DNA of 64,000 nucleotides from Octopus vulgaris. Its lineage: Eukaryota. The stretch lies in the NCBI GenBank assembly GCA_951406725.2, contig OX597818.1:44082001-44146000 (forward strand). Direction: 5' to 3'. The notes under the pieces are model-generated. The model ran no database searches and was not told where the DNA came from. It saw only the letters and a list, made by a program, of their open reading frames with translations. Position numbers and translations under genes: made by a program. Shown piece by piece: positions 14,463-27,534 of the stretch; the stretch's first letter is position 1, and each line of letters opens with the position of its first letter.

Positions 14463-15211
14463 GAATATACGGAAGTGTGTGTGTGTGTGTACCTTGTCTT
14501 GATATCATGTGATGGTTGTAAATGTGCATCATCACCATACAAGCAAGGTCATTTGGTTTCAGTCTGCCATGGGAAAACTATGCTTAGCTCTGGGAAAACA
14601 TTATCTTACTTGGAAACATGTGAGGATGGCTACAGGAAAGACATCTAGCCGTAGAAAATCTACATCAATAAATTCTGTCCAACCCATACAAGCATGGAAA
14701 AGTGGATGTTAAATGATGTTGATGGTGATATGTGCAAATAAGGGTGAAAAACTGGTTATCATTAAAAAAAAAAACGAAAATGATACAGTAGATCAAAGTA
14801 AATTTAACATAAAAAAGTTTTACATTGAAGCTTCAACGACAATGTGAACCATAACTATTTACATGATAGGTAGGGAGACACTGGGTAAGTTAAGTAGACT
14901 ATAAAATAGGCTTTATTAAATCATGCTAATCAGATGAGAAAACTGAATTGATCTGGGTGCTATAAACCAACAAACTACTAATTTGATTCTAGTTAGTTTA
15001 GCGCTTCATCCTCAAGCTGTCATTTTAATTCTTTTTTTTTTTTTAACTGCTCTCTCAGATGATATATAAAAGAGAGTAAACTTCAAAGCTTTACTCAGAG
15101 TACCCAACACCAAGAGTGAAATATAAATTTCTAACCCATCAATGAACAAGTCGGTTGGTTGATTTCTTTCTCTGTTTGTTTGTATGTATGTATGTATGTA
15201 TCATGCATATA

Positions 15212-15612
15212 GAGAACTTGTGAATGGAAGGAGACTCCGGCAGAAACCAAGGCTGCGATTTAAGGACTGTGTCAAGTCCTCATTAAAGGCCTGTGATATG
15301 CAGGACACTGACTGGGAGAACAATGCCTGTCATCGGCCACAGATGGAGGATGCAGGTTAAGGAGGGGATCGACATTTTTGAGAGAGCACGTCTCCAGCAT
15401 GAAGAACTTAGGCGAGCTGCGCGAAAGCGCACGGCTCGTATAGTGAATGTGGAAAGGTTGGTCTGCAATGTTTGCAGTCGTGTATGCTTGTCAAGAGCAG
15501 GGCTAATTAGCCACCAACGGAGCCGCAAATGCAAAATATAAGTTAGTCCTAGAGCGCACTATGTTCCTGAAGGTTGGCAATGGTCTTCCTCGGTCACAAG
15601 TGGACGGCCATC
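15212..15612 (+). mobile_element. 3' end of an RTE (BovB-like) LINE with TSD
   Basis: ELVNGRRLRQKPRLRFKDCVKSSLKACD...LVCNVCSRVCLSRAGLISHQRS (C-terminal C2H2-like), short UTR, CAT tail. 12-bp TSD ATCATGCATATA at 15200 and 15613. Confidence 0.9.
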
Positions 15613-16997
15613 ATCATGCATATACATGCATGCTCGTGCGTGTGTGTGTGTTTCTTTGTCTTGAGATTGTATGATGATGAAGCTTCAACTTGATCAATAC
15701 TCATGACACCCAGTCAATCTTACTTTTCCCCAAATCTGTCATATCTTTGACTCTTTTCCTTCACAATCTTCACAAATGTTTAATTCCTATAAAAAATAAA
15801 ACTTTCTATTTTCCTGGTAAATCCAGCTGATATCATAAAGCTTCAATTAGTCAACTATTTCTATAAAAAAGAATTGTCAATATCCGTTTTCTAATGGTAA
15901 CTTGATAGCTCAGTAACATTTGAATGTATAAAGTGCAAGCTTTATTTCAAAAGAACCACATGACATACTAACTTTGACCTGGGGTTACACAGCTTCTCAT
16001 GAATCACTCCTAATAATCCTTCATGATGTAAGTTACAATTTACTCAGCAAACATTATTTCCAAAACCAGTCCCCAAAAGACTTAGCTCTATCCGAGCAAC
16101 TTACAATTCCCTAAAAAAAAGGGGGTGGTGGTGAATATTTCCTATATAAGAGAAAAAGCAAAATCTCTTTGATCATAGTCATCTTAAATTGAGAAGAGAA
16201 CCATCTTCCTGATTGTTAAAATGCAAGGTAGAAACTGTTTCTTTGTCAAGTGATTAGAATTATTATCATTATTTTTGTGGTTTAATCATGAGGAGGATGG
16301 ACAGTTCTTTGACTCTTTTCAGGTCCTCTGAGATAAGTGGGTAAAAGTAGAGAAGGTATTAGGTTACCCTCAGACTAAAACTTGGTCCAAGGTATCAGGT
16401 TACCTTGATCCAAATGCTAGCAACAGAGTGAGTTCTAGTAAAGACATGCATGAGCTAGGTGTTGGCACTCAGTTGCATAACAAAGTAAGTTATGTGAACC
16501 AAGAACAAGTACAGTCCAACTAATTGGCTTCAGCACAGTTTCCACCAATTCAATTTCACTCAAAGTTACGAGAGAAGACATTTGGTCAAAGAGTGATGTA
16601 ATGAGATTGAACTAAGAATCACATGATTCTGAAGTGAACTTCTTAAACGTATGATCACACATAAGATTTCTATTTTTCTATATCTCAATACAAACCCAAA
16701 ATATATTCTATCTCAAATATCAAGCAATCACCTGGTTCTGATTCATTACCTAATTCGTCCAATAATTTGTTCTTTTTTCTCTCCATTTCTCTTTATTTAG
16801 TTGATTCATAACTTTATGTCTATATTTCTAATGCTTGTTTCATTAAACCTTAGGTAAAGACAACATTAAGAAATCTGAAAACTTCCAGAGAAACACAATT
16901 TTTAACATACTCAAACAGGTAAAAAAGAAATGAAGGCATCTAAACTTATGACAAATTAGCTAGGATGACAAGAGCTTGCAACAATGCTACAGCTGTC

Positions 16998-17590
16998 ATC
17001 ATCATCATCATCGTTTAATGTCCACTTTCCATGCTAGCATGGGTTGGATGATTTGACTGAGGACTGGTGAACCAGATGGCTGCACCAGGCTTCAATCTGA
17101 TCTGGCGGAGTTTCTACAGCTGGATGCCCTTCCTAACACCAACCACTTCGAGAGTGTAGTGGGTGCTTTTATGTGCCACTGGCACGAGGGCCAGTCAGGT
17201 GGTACTGGCTATGGCCATGCTCATCATCATCATTTAACAACTGCTTTCCATGCTAGCATGGGTTGGAAGATTTGATTGAGGTCTGGTGAACCAGACTCCA
17301 ATCTGATCTGGCAGAGTTTCTACAGCTGGATGCCCTTCCTAATGCCAACCACTCTGAGAGTGTAGTGGGTGATTTTACGTGCCAGTTTGGTGGTTCTGGC
17401 AACATCACGCCCAAATTGTGCTTTTTATGTGCCACCTGCACAGGAGCCAGTCCAGCAGCACTGGCGACGACCTCGCTCGAATGTTTCACGTGCCACCACC
17501 ACAAGTGCTAGTAAGGCGACGCGGTAACGATCACGCTCGAAGGGTGTGTTTAACGTGCTATTGGCATGAAGGCCAGCTTGTTGCTCTGGC
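16998..17590 (-). mobile_element. Two adjacent or nested (ATG)n-tailed module copies
   Basis: Two (CAT)n tails at ~16998 and ~17222, each followed by the core motif. Confidence 0.88.
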
Positions 17591-17785
17591 AATATTTGAA
17601 ATTAACCAAAATGAAATGAAACTATTTAGAATCATTAAAGAAACCAAAATTAATTTACACAATACAATAAAGGCACATAATTTATGGTTTTATTCTTTTA
17701 CTTGTTTCAGTCAGTTAACTGCAGCCATGCTGGAGCACTGCCTTATTTGTTAAAATTAAGCTAATAAAAATAAAACATATATGTA

Positions 17786-18129
17786 TCTCTCTATATATAA
17801 ACGGCAGTTTGTCTGTCTGTGTGTCTGTCAGGTTGTACCCCCACCCTGACCACGGCTTTCAACCGATTCTGATGAAACTTGACACAGACATAGCCCAATG
17901 TCATAATTCAAAACTAACGCAGCGAAAATTTTGAAAAGTTCCCCCAGTTCTGAAAAAAATCGATAAATTCGACATGGGGTCGAGAATCTAAGCTTTTTAT
18001 ATGCAACACATTTTCTATTGTAGTTTTTGCAACTTGCAATCGATTTTCACCAAACTCATGGTGAAGCTTAATGTTACCCTAAGAAACTTAATTCTGACAT
18101 ACCTGGGCAACGCCGGGCTATGCTGCTAG
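17786..18129 (+). mobile_element. Non-autonomous Helitron, related subfamily
   Basis: A^TC..TATATATAAA start and CCTGGGCAACGCCGGG...CTAG^T end. Confidence 0.82.
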
Positions 18130-18817
18130 TAGCTTATAAATAGCAATTGTCTATATGTTGTAGCTATAGTACTTGGCACTATATACACCAATTTTCGTTA
18201 GATCATCAGAGTTAAGATAGTGCTAAATGTGACTTCGTTGGAAAACCTATCTGAACATTAACTAACAGACTCAGCAGTATTCACTTTAAATATCATATAT
18301 TAAATACTCCTCTTTACATTTAAGTAAATTTATAGATTCAAGCTACCTTTTACTAAATTTAGATTTTCTTTTCATGTAAATACAAAATTAGATACTTCAA
18401 CTGATAAGAAGTATGCATAACGTTTATCTCAAATCAATCATAGATGAAATTTTAAGTTGGTAACTCAAAATAAGTGACCATGTTAGTTAAATTTCAGACA
18501 CCTCTTGTATACAAATGTAAAGTTTACTATATTAAATTTTCATAAATGCAAAGAAGATATTTGGCAGAATATTACATTAAATTGTCTGGAAAATTATAAC
18601 AATGCTAGAAATGTAAAAATTGATTTGTTGGAAAATTCCATTAAGTCTGAGTTAAAAATTCCTTTACTGAAAAAGGTCCAAACAGGTATTTTACCAAGGC
18701 TAAAATGAAAGCATAATTTTCATCCAGGATCTAAGTTCATGGAAATATAACAAATAAATTGATAGGCTATTAGTAGGTCGTTATATGGGTGTGTGGTTGA
18801 AAAAGCTTGCTTCTTAA

Positions 18818-19042
18818 CCCTTTCATTATTGTATTTATTTTGAGATACTCTGTGTTTCTTTCAATCAATTTTAAATATAACAAAGAATTTAGTAAAATAA
18901 CTTAGTTATCATTAAGCTAATGTTAGGAACATAAATTGGGACTAAGATTTGGTGGAAGATTTTAATTCAAAACTTACGAAAACAAGACATTATTTGTATT
19001 ACAGAGCCAGAGCCAGTTTCAGCCAGGTTGGTCTCAAAAGGG
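18818..19042. mobile_element. piggyBac-type MITE inserted in a SINE head
   Basis: TTAA|CCCTTT...AAAGGG|TTAA. The SINE head rejoins across the insertion. Confidence 0.88.
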
Positions 19043-19906
19043 TTAATCATGTGGTCTGGAGTTCAGTCCCACAGTGCAGCACCTTGAGTCTTCTGTTTTA
19101 GTCCGAGGCTGACCAAAGCCTTCTGAGTGGATTTTGTGGATGTAAACTGAAATAAACACACTATAATATCTGTGCGTGTGTGCTTGTAAATGAATGTCAT
19201 TAATTTCCAATATTCTGGGAACACTTTTGTTTGGTCATTGGGAAATATTACCTTGTTTGCAAACGAATAAGAAGTGGCAATAGGTAGGGCATCCTGCAGT
19301 AGAATACCTGCCTCAATAAACTCCATCCAACTCTTGCAAGCATGGAAAAGAAGTGGAAATCTAAATGATGATGATGATAAGTATCATTACAAGATTAATA
19401 TTCTAATAACAAACCTACGACAGGACTGAATGTACTTCAATATTTGAAACAGAAATTAACCAAAGCTAAACATTGTAAATAGTAGATTAATTAACAAGTG
19501 CATAAAATGCCACATATACACAAAAGCCAGCTACTAGTAAAACCAATTTAATCATAAATCATTTGTAGATTAGATGCTTTCCAACACTGTTGCTAACAAA
19601 AATTCAATTTATCATATTTTACATTCACACTAAATAAATGCTTAAGTGTTTGTGATGAATCTATTCTCAGTAAATGAATATTTATCTTGATATGGAAGAT
19701 GTTTACAATACAATTGGGCAACTAAATATATTGTTTTAATAAAGGAACATTAGCAAGTTCTAAATAAAGTCAGTTTACTTTCTGTAGATCAATTTAATTT
19801 CAGCAAACAGCTGGAGAAATTTCCACTATTGACATTCTGTGACCAGCATATAAAAGGTCATTGAAGAAGTGAAGACAATGATCTATAATTTATATTTTAT
19901 AGAATA

Positions 19907-20415
19907 CTAGCAGTATCGCCCGGCGTTGCTCGGGTTTGTAAGGGAAATAGCTATATAAGCATTTTTAAAGAGTTACTTCCCTTATAGATGCCAATTCGTG
20001 CTTTCTTAGCCATTTCTGTTTTGGTGTCTTCAAGCCATGAAGTCGTTGTTCTAAAAGAACGCTGGTCTCCTTGACAACGCTTTACATGGTTGATTTCCTT
20101 ACACTCCCTTCCCCACAGCTTCACGAGGGAGGGAAGAAGGGGAAGCAAACAGGTGCAGGTGTGACCATGGACGCCAACTCCGCCGCCATCGACACGAAAA
20201 ATTATGCATTAAAATGGAATAAAAAAATGATGTTAAATTATTTTTTAAATCGTAGACTCATCGTAGACGCGCGCTAATACTCAGACGGGCTCGATATGAA
20301 TCATGACTATAAGATACCCGAATTTGGTTAAACTGCACCGCAAAATGTGGGAGTAGTTAGGAATCTAAATTGAAGGGGACAGACACTCACACAACTACAG
20401 TTTTATATATATAGA
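19907..20415 (-). mobile_element. Non-autonomous Helitron
   Basis: Reverse-complement homologue of 11422-11821 with a different internal segment and the same termini. Confidence 0.88.
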
Positions 20416-20784
20416 TTACTATGCTTGTGTCAGTGATCATTCTTATTTTATGCCCATTTTTTCATGCTGGCATGAGTTGTACAAGTCTCATAGTGCTTTG
20501 CACTTCATTGCATTCTGTCTCTGAAATTGGACATATTTGATCCAATGAAATTGAACATATTTGTTCCATTAGAGAAGTCATCTCCAACAAGCCCCACATG
20601 GACCCAACACTGCTTCTGATCATTGTTACTGTAGGATGGTTTAAACAATTGGATGCCTTTCCTGACACAAAATATTTTATGAGGTGAACTGAGTGCATTT
20701 CTTCAGGCCAACAACATTAAAGAGGTTGTCTGTGGAAGATCTAAAGAGTTCTATATATTACCAAAAATTAAAATTTCTTTGTCT

Positions 20785-21035
20785 TGAGACAGCATTCACC
20801 TGGGGTGGGTGGAGCTGGCTTCAGTCATCCTCAATGCTGCATCTCTCACAAACCAGATCTGGCGGATTGAGGCTAACGACTGCGTGATCTCCAACCACTC
20901 ATTCCAGTGGCGAACGCTGTAGACATGGGGGCCTAGGTTGGATTCCAGATCAGCCTTGACTGTCATCAGCCAGGTTTTTCGTTGTCCACCACATCGCTTT
21001 CGCCAACTCTGAAGGGGAGCTGGGGCAATTGCTTT
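20785..21035 (-). mobile_element. RTE LINE 3' fragment, second family
   Basis: WRKRCGGQRKTWLMTVKADLE...W...VRDAA, typical of RTE ORF C-termini. Confidence 0.75.
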
Positions 21036-22826
21036 GTAAATTAAAATTTCAATAATACATATTACAATAATAATTTCTTTTGATTCACTGCAAAACTGTT
21101 TTAAGGAGATCATATTGTTGACTCAATCACAGTATATTACATCATAAATACTTTGACATTATGGTTTTGAAACCTAGGCTTCAAAGGGCCAGTCACCTTG
21201 TTTCCATGGCGTATAAGTAACTCAGACTACAGCATTCCTCCTGGATGGGACACCTGTTCATTGCAGAGTTACTCAACTACAGCTGAGTGGATTGGAAACA
21301 AAGTAGATCACTCAGCCTGGGAATTGAAACCACGATCACAAGAATGTGAGTGGAACATTCTAAACACTAGGCCACACACCTTCTCTATTTCATGTATAAT
21401 TTTAGAATTCTCAAAGTTAAAGCCAACCCAGTAAATATTTCAGATCAAAACTAAGGAAAAGCAAACAAAAATAATGATCTAAGAGTTTAAAATACCCATC
21501 AGAAATAACATATATGTCTCTGAAAATATGCATGTTATGCATTCAAATTATTAGGCATTTAATTTGGTGTGCTATACTATGTATATATGTATATATATAT
21601 ATATGTGTGTGTGTGTGTCTGTGTTTGTCCCCCTAGCATTGCTTGACAACCGATGCTGGTGTGTTTACGTCCCCATTACTTAGCGGTTCGGCAAAAAATA
21701 GACCGATAGAATAAGTACTGGGCTTCCAAAGAATAAGTCCCGGGGTCGATTTGCTCGACTAAAGGCGGTGCTCCAGCATGGCCGCAGTCAAATGACTGAA
21801 ACAAGTAAAAGAGTATAAAAGAGAGTAAAGAGTACTGGAATCAAACTAATTCCTTGCATGACAACGAAGGTAAAAGTTGACAATTTCTTAGCTACAAGTA
21901 AGCAGGGGTTTTTTTAAGGAGTAGAGCATGTCTAGTTTATTCCACTAAGTTAATAATTATTTAACAAATCTTGGTAGTATTTTAATATGTTCACCCAGGA
22001 CAATGATTAAGTGATGTAAACACAAAAAAGAACTTGGTTGGACTCATTATTCTCAATACTAACTAAATCTGTCAATAATATATTACATAGGAGGAATTTT
22101 TTAGATTTATAGGGCTGGAGATAGGAGATTATATGATATTCAGGCTTTTTCTCAAGTGCCTGATAGCATAAAAGAAATGATATAATACCAAGCAAAGATC
22201 AAATGGAGGATCTGATTTTAGCTTCAATGTACAACAATGCATTCAGAAATTATTATGTCTGGTATGTTTTTACTATCTCCAGATAGAACAGCCCTAGCAT
22301 ATTACTTAATAGAAAGCACCTTCTGCATAAATCTACTGGAGTATAAAGCTAGAATTGTAGGAACAAACTGTTTCCAATAAAGACCTTAATTTAGTCAACA
22401 CCAGCCCCCCAACTCAAATGCCAAATTACTTAATTGTCCTAAATGCAACTAATAATATATTAAATATAGAGAGTAAAAGAGATTTTAATCAAAATTATAC
22501 CTGTGATAAGAGAAAAAAAAATAACTGTATCGTCAATTCTGGTCAAGAAAAGCAAAAAGAACCACCTGAGATTTTCATTAGTTAAAAAGAGAATATAGGC
22601 AATGCAATAGGGAGTGAACCTTATCTTGGAAGCACCATGACAACTCTGAGTACGTTTCAGTCATATTAGACCTCCTCAGTAAAGCAAAGTCTTTATTAGT
22701 ATTGCTGGACAGAAATGACTTAATGAGTTTTTTTGTGTGTAAATATTGTTTAGAATAATTTTCATTGAAAATCAGGTATTTATCTTGGTTCGTCATATTT
22801 ATAGAAACTAAGAAAAATGCACTCTC

Positions 22827-22893
22827 CTATATTCCATTGCAGTAATGAACAATGGAGGGTGGTTTCATTTGAGCTCCTCTACAAACACTACAA
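22827..22893 (-). CDS. Candidate terminal coding exon CSVCRGAQMKPPSIVHYCNGI*
   Basis: Acceptor tttttttatattctgtag| followed by a short open frame with CxxC and a TAG stop, then repeat-poor sequence. No homology recognised. Confidence 0.2.
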
Positions 22894-23073
22894 CTACAGA
22901 ATATAAAAAAAAACGTTAATGTTTTAACAATGACCTTCTAGTTATTATGATATAATTAGATTTTCAAACGGCTACGCTAATATAGTAGCATATCAGGAAA
23001 TAAAACATGCCGATTTCAGCAAATTTGCCATGAATTAAGCAAGAATCAATCAACATGATCAATATTTACTAAC

Positions 23074-23090
23074 GAGAGCAGAAATTTATC
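23074..23090 (-). CDS. Candidate 17-nt microexon DKFLL(S)
   Basis: gatctttcag|GATAAATTTCTGCTCTC|gttagt with a pyrimidine-rich upstream stretch, in a repeat-poor region. Confidence 0.15.
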
Positions 23091-24716
23091 CTGAAAGATC
23101 ATTGTTAAATTCAGAGAAGTAGCAGTTAAAGGATAAGGAAAAGAAACTACAAAGACCCCTTATCAGTAAGCACATATGATTGTGAGCCATTACCAACAGA
23201 TTCGAACAATATCTTTTAATGGCAATATCTATCTGTAACAGTTGATATAAATATATTAATATAAAGCATTAGGCAGTCACTAGATGATGCTTATTTTTTT
23301 CTGGAAACGACTGAAGCTTATATTATTTCAATATAAAAGGTTTATTAAGTGAAATAATCTATTCATGTCCATTGTGAATTCCCCTCTCATATCCATCATA
23401 AAGCAAGGCTGTTAATGTTTTACTAAAAGGAATTGTTATGATTTAGAGAGCATAGTGAAGTTTTCTCTGGCTATCTTTTCATACTCTTTTTTTATTCACA
23501 AGTTGATATGTAATATATGGAAAAATAAATTATTTATCAAAATTAGCTTTTACATCGAGTTTATTATCCTTGCTAAATTGGAGACATGCAGACACATGAG
23601 CAATGTCATCTAATGGCAAAACATTTGCTCAAATTCACACAAATGCTTAGATTTCAAAACAGTCTGGCTCGAGGACTATCACATTGATGTAGAACAAAAT
23701 GAACAACTCTTTCTTCATTAAGAGGAATTTTTAAAAATAAACCAATCCATATAAACATCATCATCATAATCACCATCATTTAATACTGACAATGATAGAA
23801 TGGGAAATTGCCTTCCATTCTGACAAGGTTTGAATGATTTGACAAGATCTGACAGGTTGGAAAACTGTGTTTTGCTCCAATGTCTTCTTTGGTATGGCTT
23901 ACGTTCTGAGTTCAAATTCCGCCGAGGTCGACTTTGCTTTTCATCCTTTCGGGGTCGATAAATTAAGTACCAGTTACGCACTGGGGTTGATATAATTGAC
24001 TTAATCCCTTTGTCTGTCCTTGTTTGTCCCCTCTATGTTTAGCTCCTTGTGGGCAAAAAAAAAAAAAAATTCTACAGCTGGATACTCTTCTTAATATTAA
24101 TCCCTTTACTGGGTGCTTTTTTCATGGTACCAGCACTACTGAGGTAACCATATAGCTCACAAGACAATGATCCCCTTTCACTGAGTAGGACTACAGTAGA
24201 GAGAGAGGCAGCTTTATGCAGTGAGATGAAGGGTTACAGTGTGAGAGAAGGGTCCAGAATGAAACAGGTTTCTTGCTGTAGTGTATGTACATGGTTACTC
24301 ACATGACAGAAGAGAGGGTGGGAGTGGCTGAGGTAGAGTTGGAAAGAGGTGAAAATAGTGGAAATGTCAGGGTAGACAAATAAGATACAAGGTGAGCGGA
24401 AGTAAATGGGAAGAGGAGAATGGAAAGTGTGGGTGGGTAAAGATTGGAAGAGTGTATGGTTCTGGGTAGAGAGAAAGATTAGTGATTTCAGGCAAAAGCT
24501 GGTGAAGTATGCAGTTCTGTTCACAACTAATTACATATGAATCACATGTCCATATCAGTCTTTCTTGTGTACTACATCTGATTTCTCTCATGCCCAGTTT
24601 TACACAACACATTTGCACATCCAAAGGATCATGCTAGCTTCTTTTATTTCTAGTCATTTCAAGTCCTCTACATTCAAGGCCCATGTCTCACTACCATGTA
24701 GCACCACAGTTCTAAC

Positions 24717-24995
24717 ATCATGATGATCATCATTTAATGTCCGCTTTCCATGCTAGCATGGGTTGGACGATTTGACTGAGGTCTGGCGAACCAGACTCCA
24801 ATCTGATCAGGCAGAGTTTCTACAGCTGGATGCCCTTCCTAATGCCAACCACTCTGAGAGTGTAGTGGGTGATTTTATGTGCCACAGGCATGAGGGCCAG
24901 TTTGGTGGTACAGGCAACGGCCACACCCAAATGGTGCTTTTTACGTACCACCTGCACAGGAGCCAGTCCAGCGGCACTGGTGATGACCTCGCTCG
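24717..24995 (-). mobile_element. (ATG)n-tailed RTE-type 3' module (OK-SINE-like), fused to U6
   Basis: Shared core GAGTGGTTGGCATTAGGAAGGGCATCCAGCTGTAGAAAC...CATGGAAAGCGGAC.TTAAA(TGA)n, seen more than 12 times in the window. Confidence 0.9.
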
Positions 24996-25046
24996 AAAAA
25001 TATGGAACGCTTCACGAATTTGCATGTCATCCTTGCGCAGGGGGCC

Positions 25047-25086
<40 letters not shown>

Positions 25087-25102
25087 ATTGCCGAAGCAAT
25101 AC
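24996..25102 (-). pseudogene. U6: Full-length U6 snRNA retrocopy
   Basis: Minus strand reads GTATTGCTTCGGCAATACATATACTAAAATTGGAACGATACAGAGAAGATTAGCATGGCCCCCTGCGCAAGGATGACATGCAAATTCGTGAAGCGTTCCATATTTTT, with the ACAGAGA box, AGC triad and T5 end. Upstream is LINE ORF, with no TATA box at -30. Confidence 0.96.
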
Positions 25103-27534
25103 AATAAGTGTCATACAATTTTCCCTTCACTTTGAGGGGAAAAAAACCTTTGTTACCAGTAGAAGCTCTTTGAACTTTTTTCAATCAGTTTTTACCCTGG
25201 CTACTATACTTTTGGAGTCATTACTTCCCCTGCTAGTTACATCTCCCAGGTAACAAAAGCTATCGGCTACTTCTAGTGAGCCATCAGAGCATTTAAGAGA
25301 ATTTATTTCCAGTATGTTCTGTACAGAAGCATCTGTTACATATGAGGCTTACTTTCTCTGTTAGTCTGTCAGTAATTCCACTATAACTCTCCTTTGTCTA
25401 TAGTTTGCATTCAGTACCGTGTATGGAGTTTGTACTTGCTGCTCTCCTGCATACTGAGCCAGGCTATTCCTTGAAGATACCAGAGTCCTATCTACTGCTC
25501 TACTTTATATATATAAATGCAGGTGTAGTAATGAGGTAGGAAGTTTTCTTCCCAATCACATGGTTCCAGGTTGGCAACAGGAAAGGCATCCAGCTGTAGA
25601 AAATATACTTCTACAAATTCCATCCAAATCATCACAAATTACATTGTGATCATGTAATACCAAACTTGTGGCCTGCTAATTCACCAAATTTAAATCCCAT
25701 GGACTACTATGTTTAGAGTGTTGTTGAAAAGGAGACCGATTGACATTCTTACACTACCATACCTTCACTGATGGCTGCTATTGTCCAGTTGATGCCTGAA
25801 ATGAATAAGGACCATTTAGTGCAAGCATGTTAATGCTTCTGGTCCAGCACTGAAGCAGTCATCAAAACTGGAAAGTAGATTCATGGAATAATCTTATAGG
25901 AAACTTATTGTGTAAAGCAGAAAGCACTATCAATGCATACTGCAATAGTGCTATCTGATAGGAAGCTACTGACCTAAGGGATGAGAGATAAGTGTAATTT
26001 GTAAGTGTTAAAATTTGATTGATTGGAATGTCAGACATGCTCAATGGTTCAGTTGATATATACAGCAGTCCCTTCTGTAAAGCAAGAACCCACTGACAAG
26101 TGATGTAAAAGAAGGTCTCTAGTGTATCCAACTCTGCAGAAGCTGCACTGGTAGTCACTAAGGAGAGAGTGATAGTTTCATGGCATTAGAGAATGTCATT
26201 GTTAATGGCTGTCTTCATTATGTTAAAGATGTTAGAAATGAGAGCAAGAGAATGATAGGGACTAGTTGAGGGGAGTTGCTTTTCTTTGGAATGGGACACA
26301 CTGAAGTGTGTTTCCGAGTGTTACAGCATAACCCTGAAAAAACTTGAGAGCAAAGAGTTTGATGAATACAAGAGCAAGTCCTGGGGTGCAATGTTTGAGT
26401 GTAATAGAAGTAACATTGTCAGAGCTGATATTTGTGTTGTTTGAAGCAGTTGACAATATTTCTGCACTTAGTATATCTGCAAGTAGGGTGGGGAGCCTGG
26501 TGGAGTGGAATGGGGTAGATAAGGAGGGGATTGGCCAAAGGTGTGTAGGTAAAGTTGGATGCAAAGCATGCAGTGAAGGTGGAAGGCTTTCTCTATGGAG
26601 GGAGACTTCACTTAGAAGACAAAAAGAAAACTCCATAAAGTTGGAGATTCTTTTGAAAAGACGAGGATTGCTGCGGTTTGGGAGACACGAAAGCTTGAAG
26701 CCCTTGTGATACACAAACGCACCTTTTGCACACTATTATAAGAGTTGCACAAATAGGTGATCATCACATACTTTTAGGGAGTAGATGAGATTCTCCAAGT
26801 ATTATTGGCCTTGTTTTTTACCCGAACAGCTGCAATGAAGTTATGAGTAAATTGTATGGGGTATCTAACACATTCAGATTTTGCTGTGTTGAATGTGGAG
26901 GGACATATCTAAAAGGATGGTTTCAGTCATCCACTATAACTGTTTTTGATGGGTCTGGAGTAAAGCATAAGTGCTGCTGAGTATAAGTGGCATAAAACTA
27001 GTGGAAGCTCAACCAGTTATCTAACTTAGAGTGTTAAATTTAAAACTTGATGGGGAAGGACACTGATGTATGTGACTGTGTATTAGGTAGTTGTGATGAG
27101 GCAGTGATCAGAGGACTTGATAGATGCCCAGACAGTCATAGGTTAGTAGAGGTTAGGTTTTGAGGACAGAAAGAGATTAACAGCATTTGGGATGTCAGTG
27201 TATCAGTCTGGAATGTAAGTAGGGAATGAAATAAGTTGGTGCAAAGAGTTGAGAAAAGCAAATAGGTCAGAAGGTGTGGGATGATAAGGTGTGAGAGCCA
27301 TGAGGAGTTGTGAGCACTGAAGTCATTGAAGATGATAACTTTGGATAAAGGAAAGCTGAGATAGATGTTCACAATGTAGGAGGAGATGTAGTCAAGTAGA
27401 AGATGGTTCAAGGAGTTCAGAGAATGATAGAGGAAGATGTAGTTAGGAAAATGAAGGAGATTGAGCCAGAGTAACTGGAAGTTGTTTACTGTTGAAATAC
27501 AGGTGAGAAAGGTGAGAGATAGGAAGAATGGAGC

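Larger units (their letters stand above)
23755..25500 (-). mobile_element. 5'-truncated, degenerate RTE-clade LINE with 3'UTR and (ATG)n tail, interrupted by a SINE and the U6 chimera
   Basis: Minus-strand peptides LEVADSFCYLGD, KVKGKLYDTY / VRTVVLHGSETWALNVEDLK. A pyrimidine-rich 3'UTR follows, then the GGCATCCAGCTGTAGAA-like module and an ATG-repeat tail near 23755. Confidence 0.8.

Noticed and set aside
24996-25102. Functional U6 gene
   Set aside because: Upstream sequence is LINE ORF without a TATA box or evident PSE. It carries an extra C and a CpG-decay change relative to the conserved U6, and is fused to a retroposon tail.
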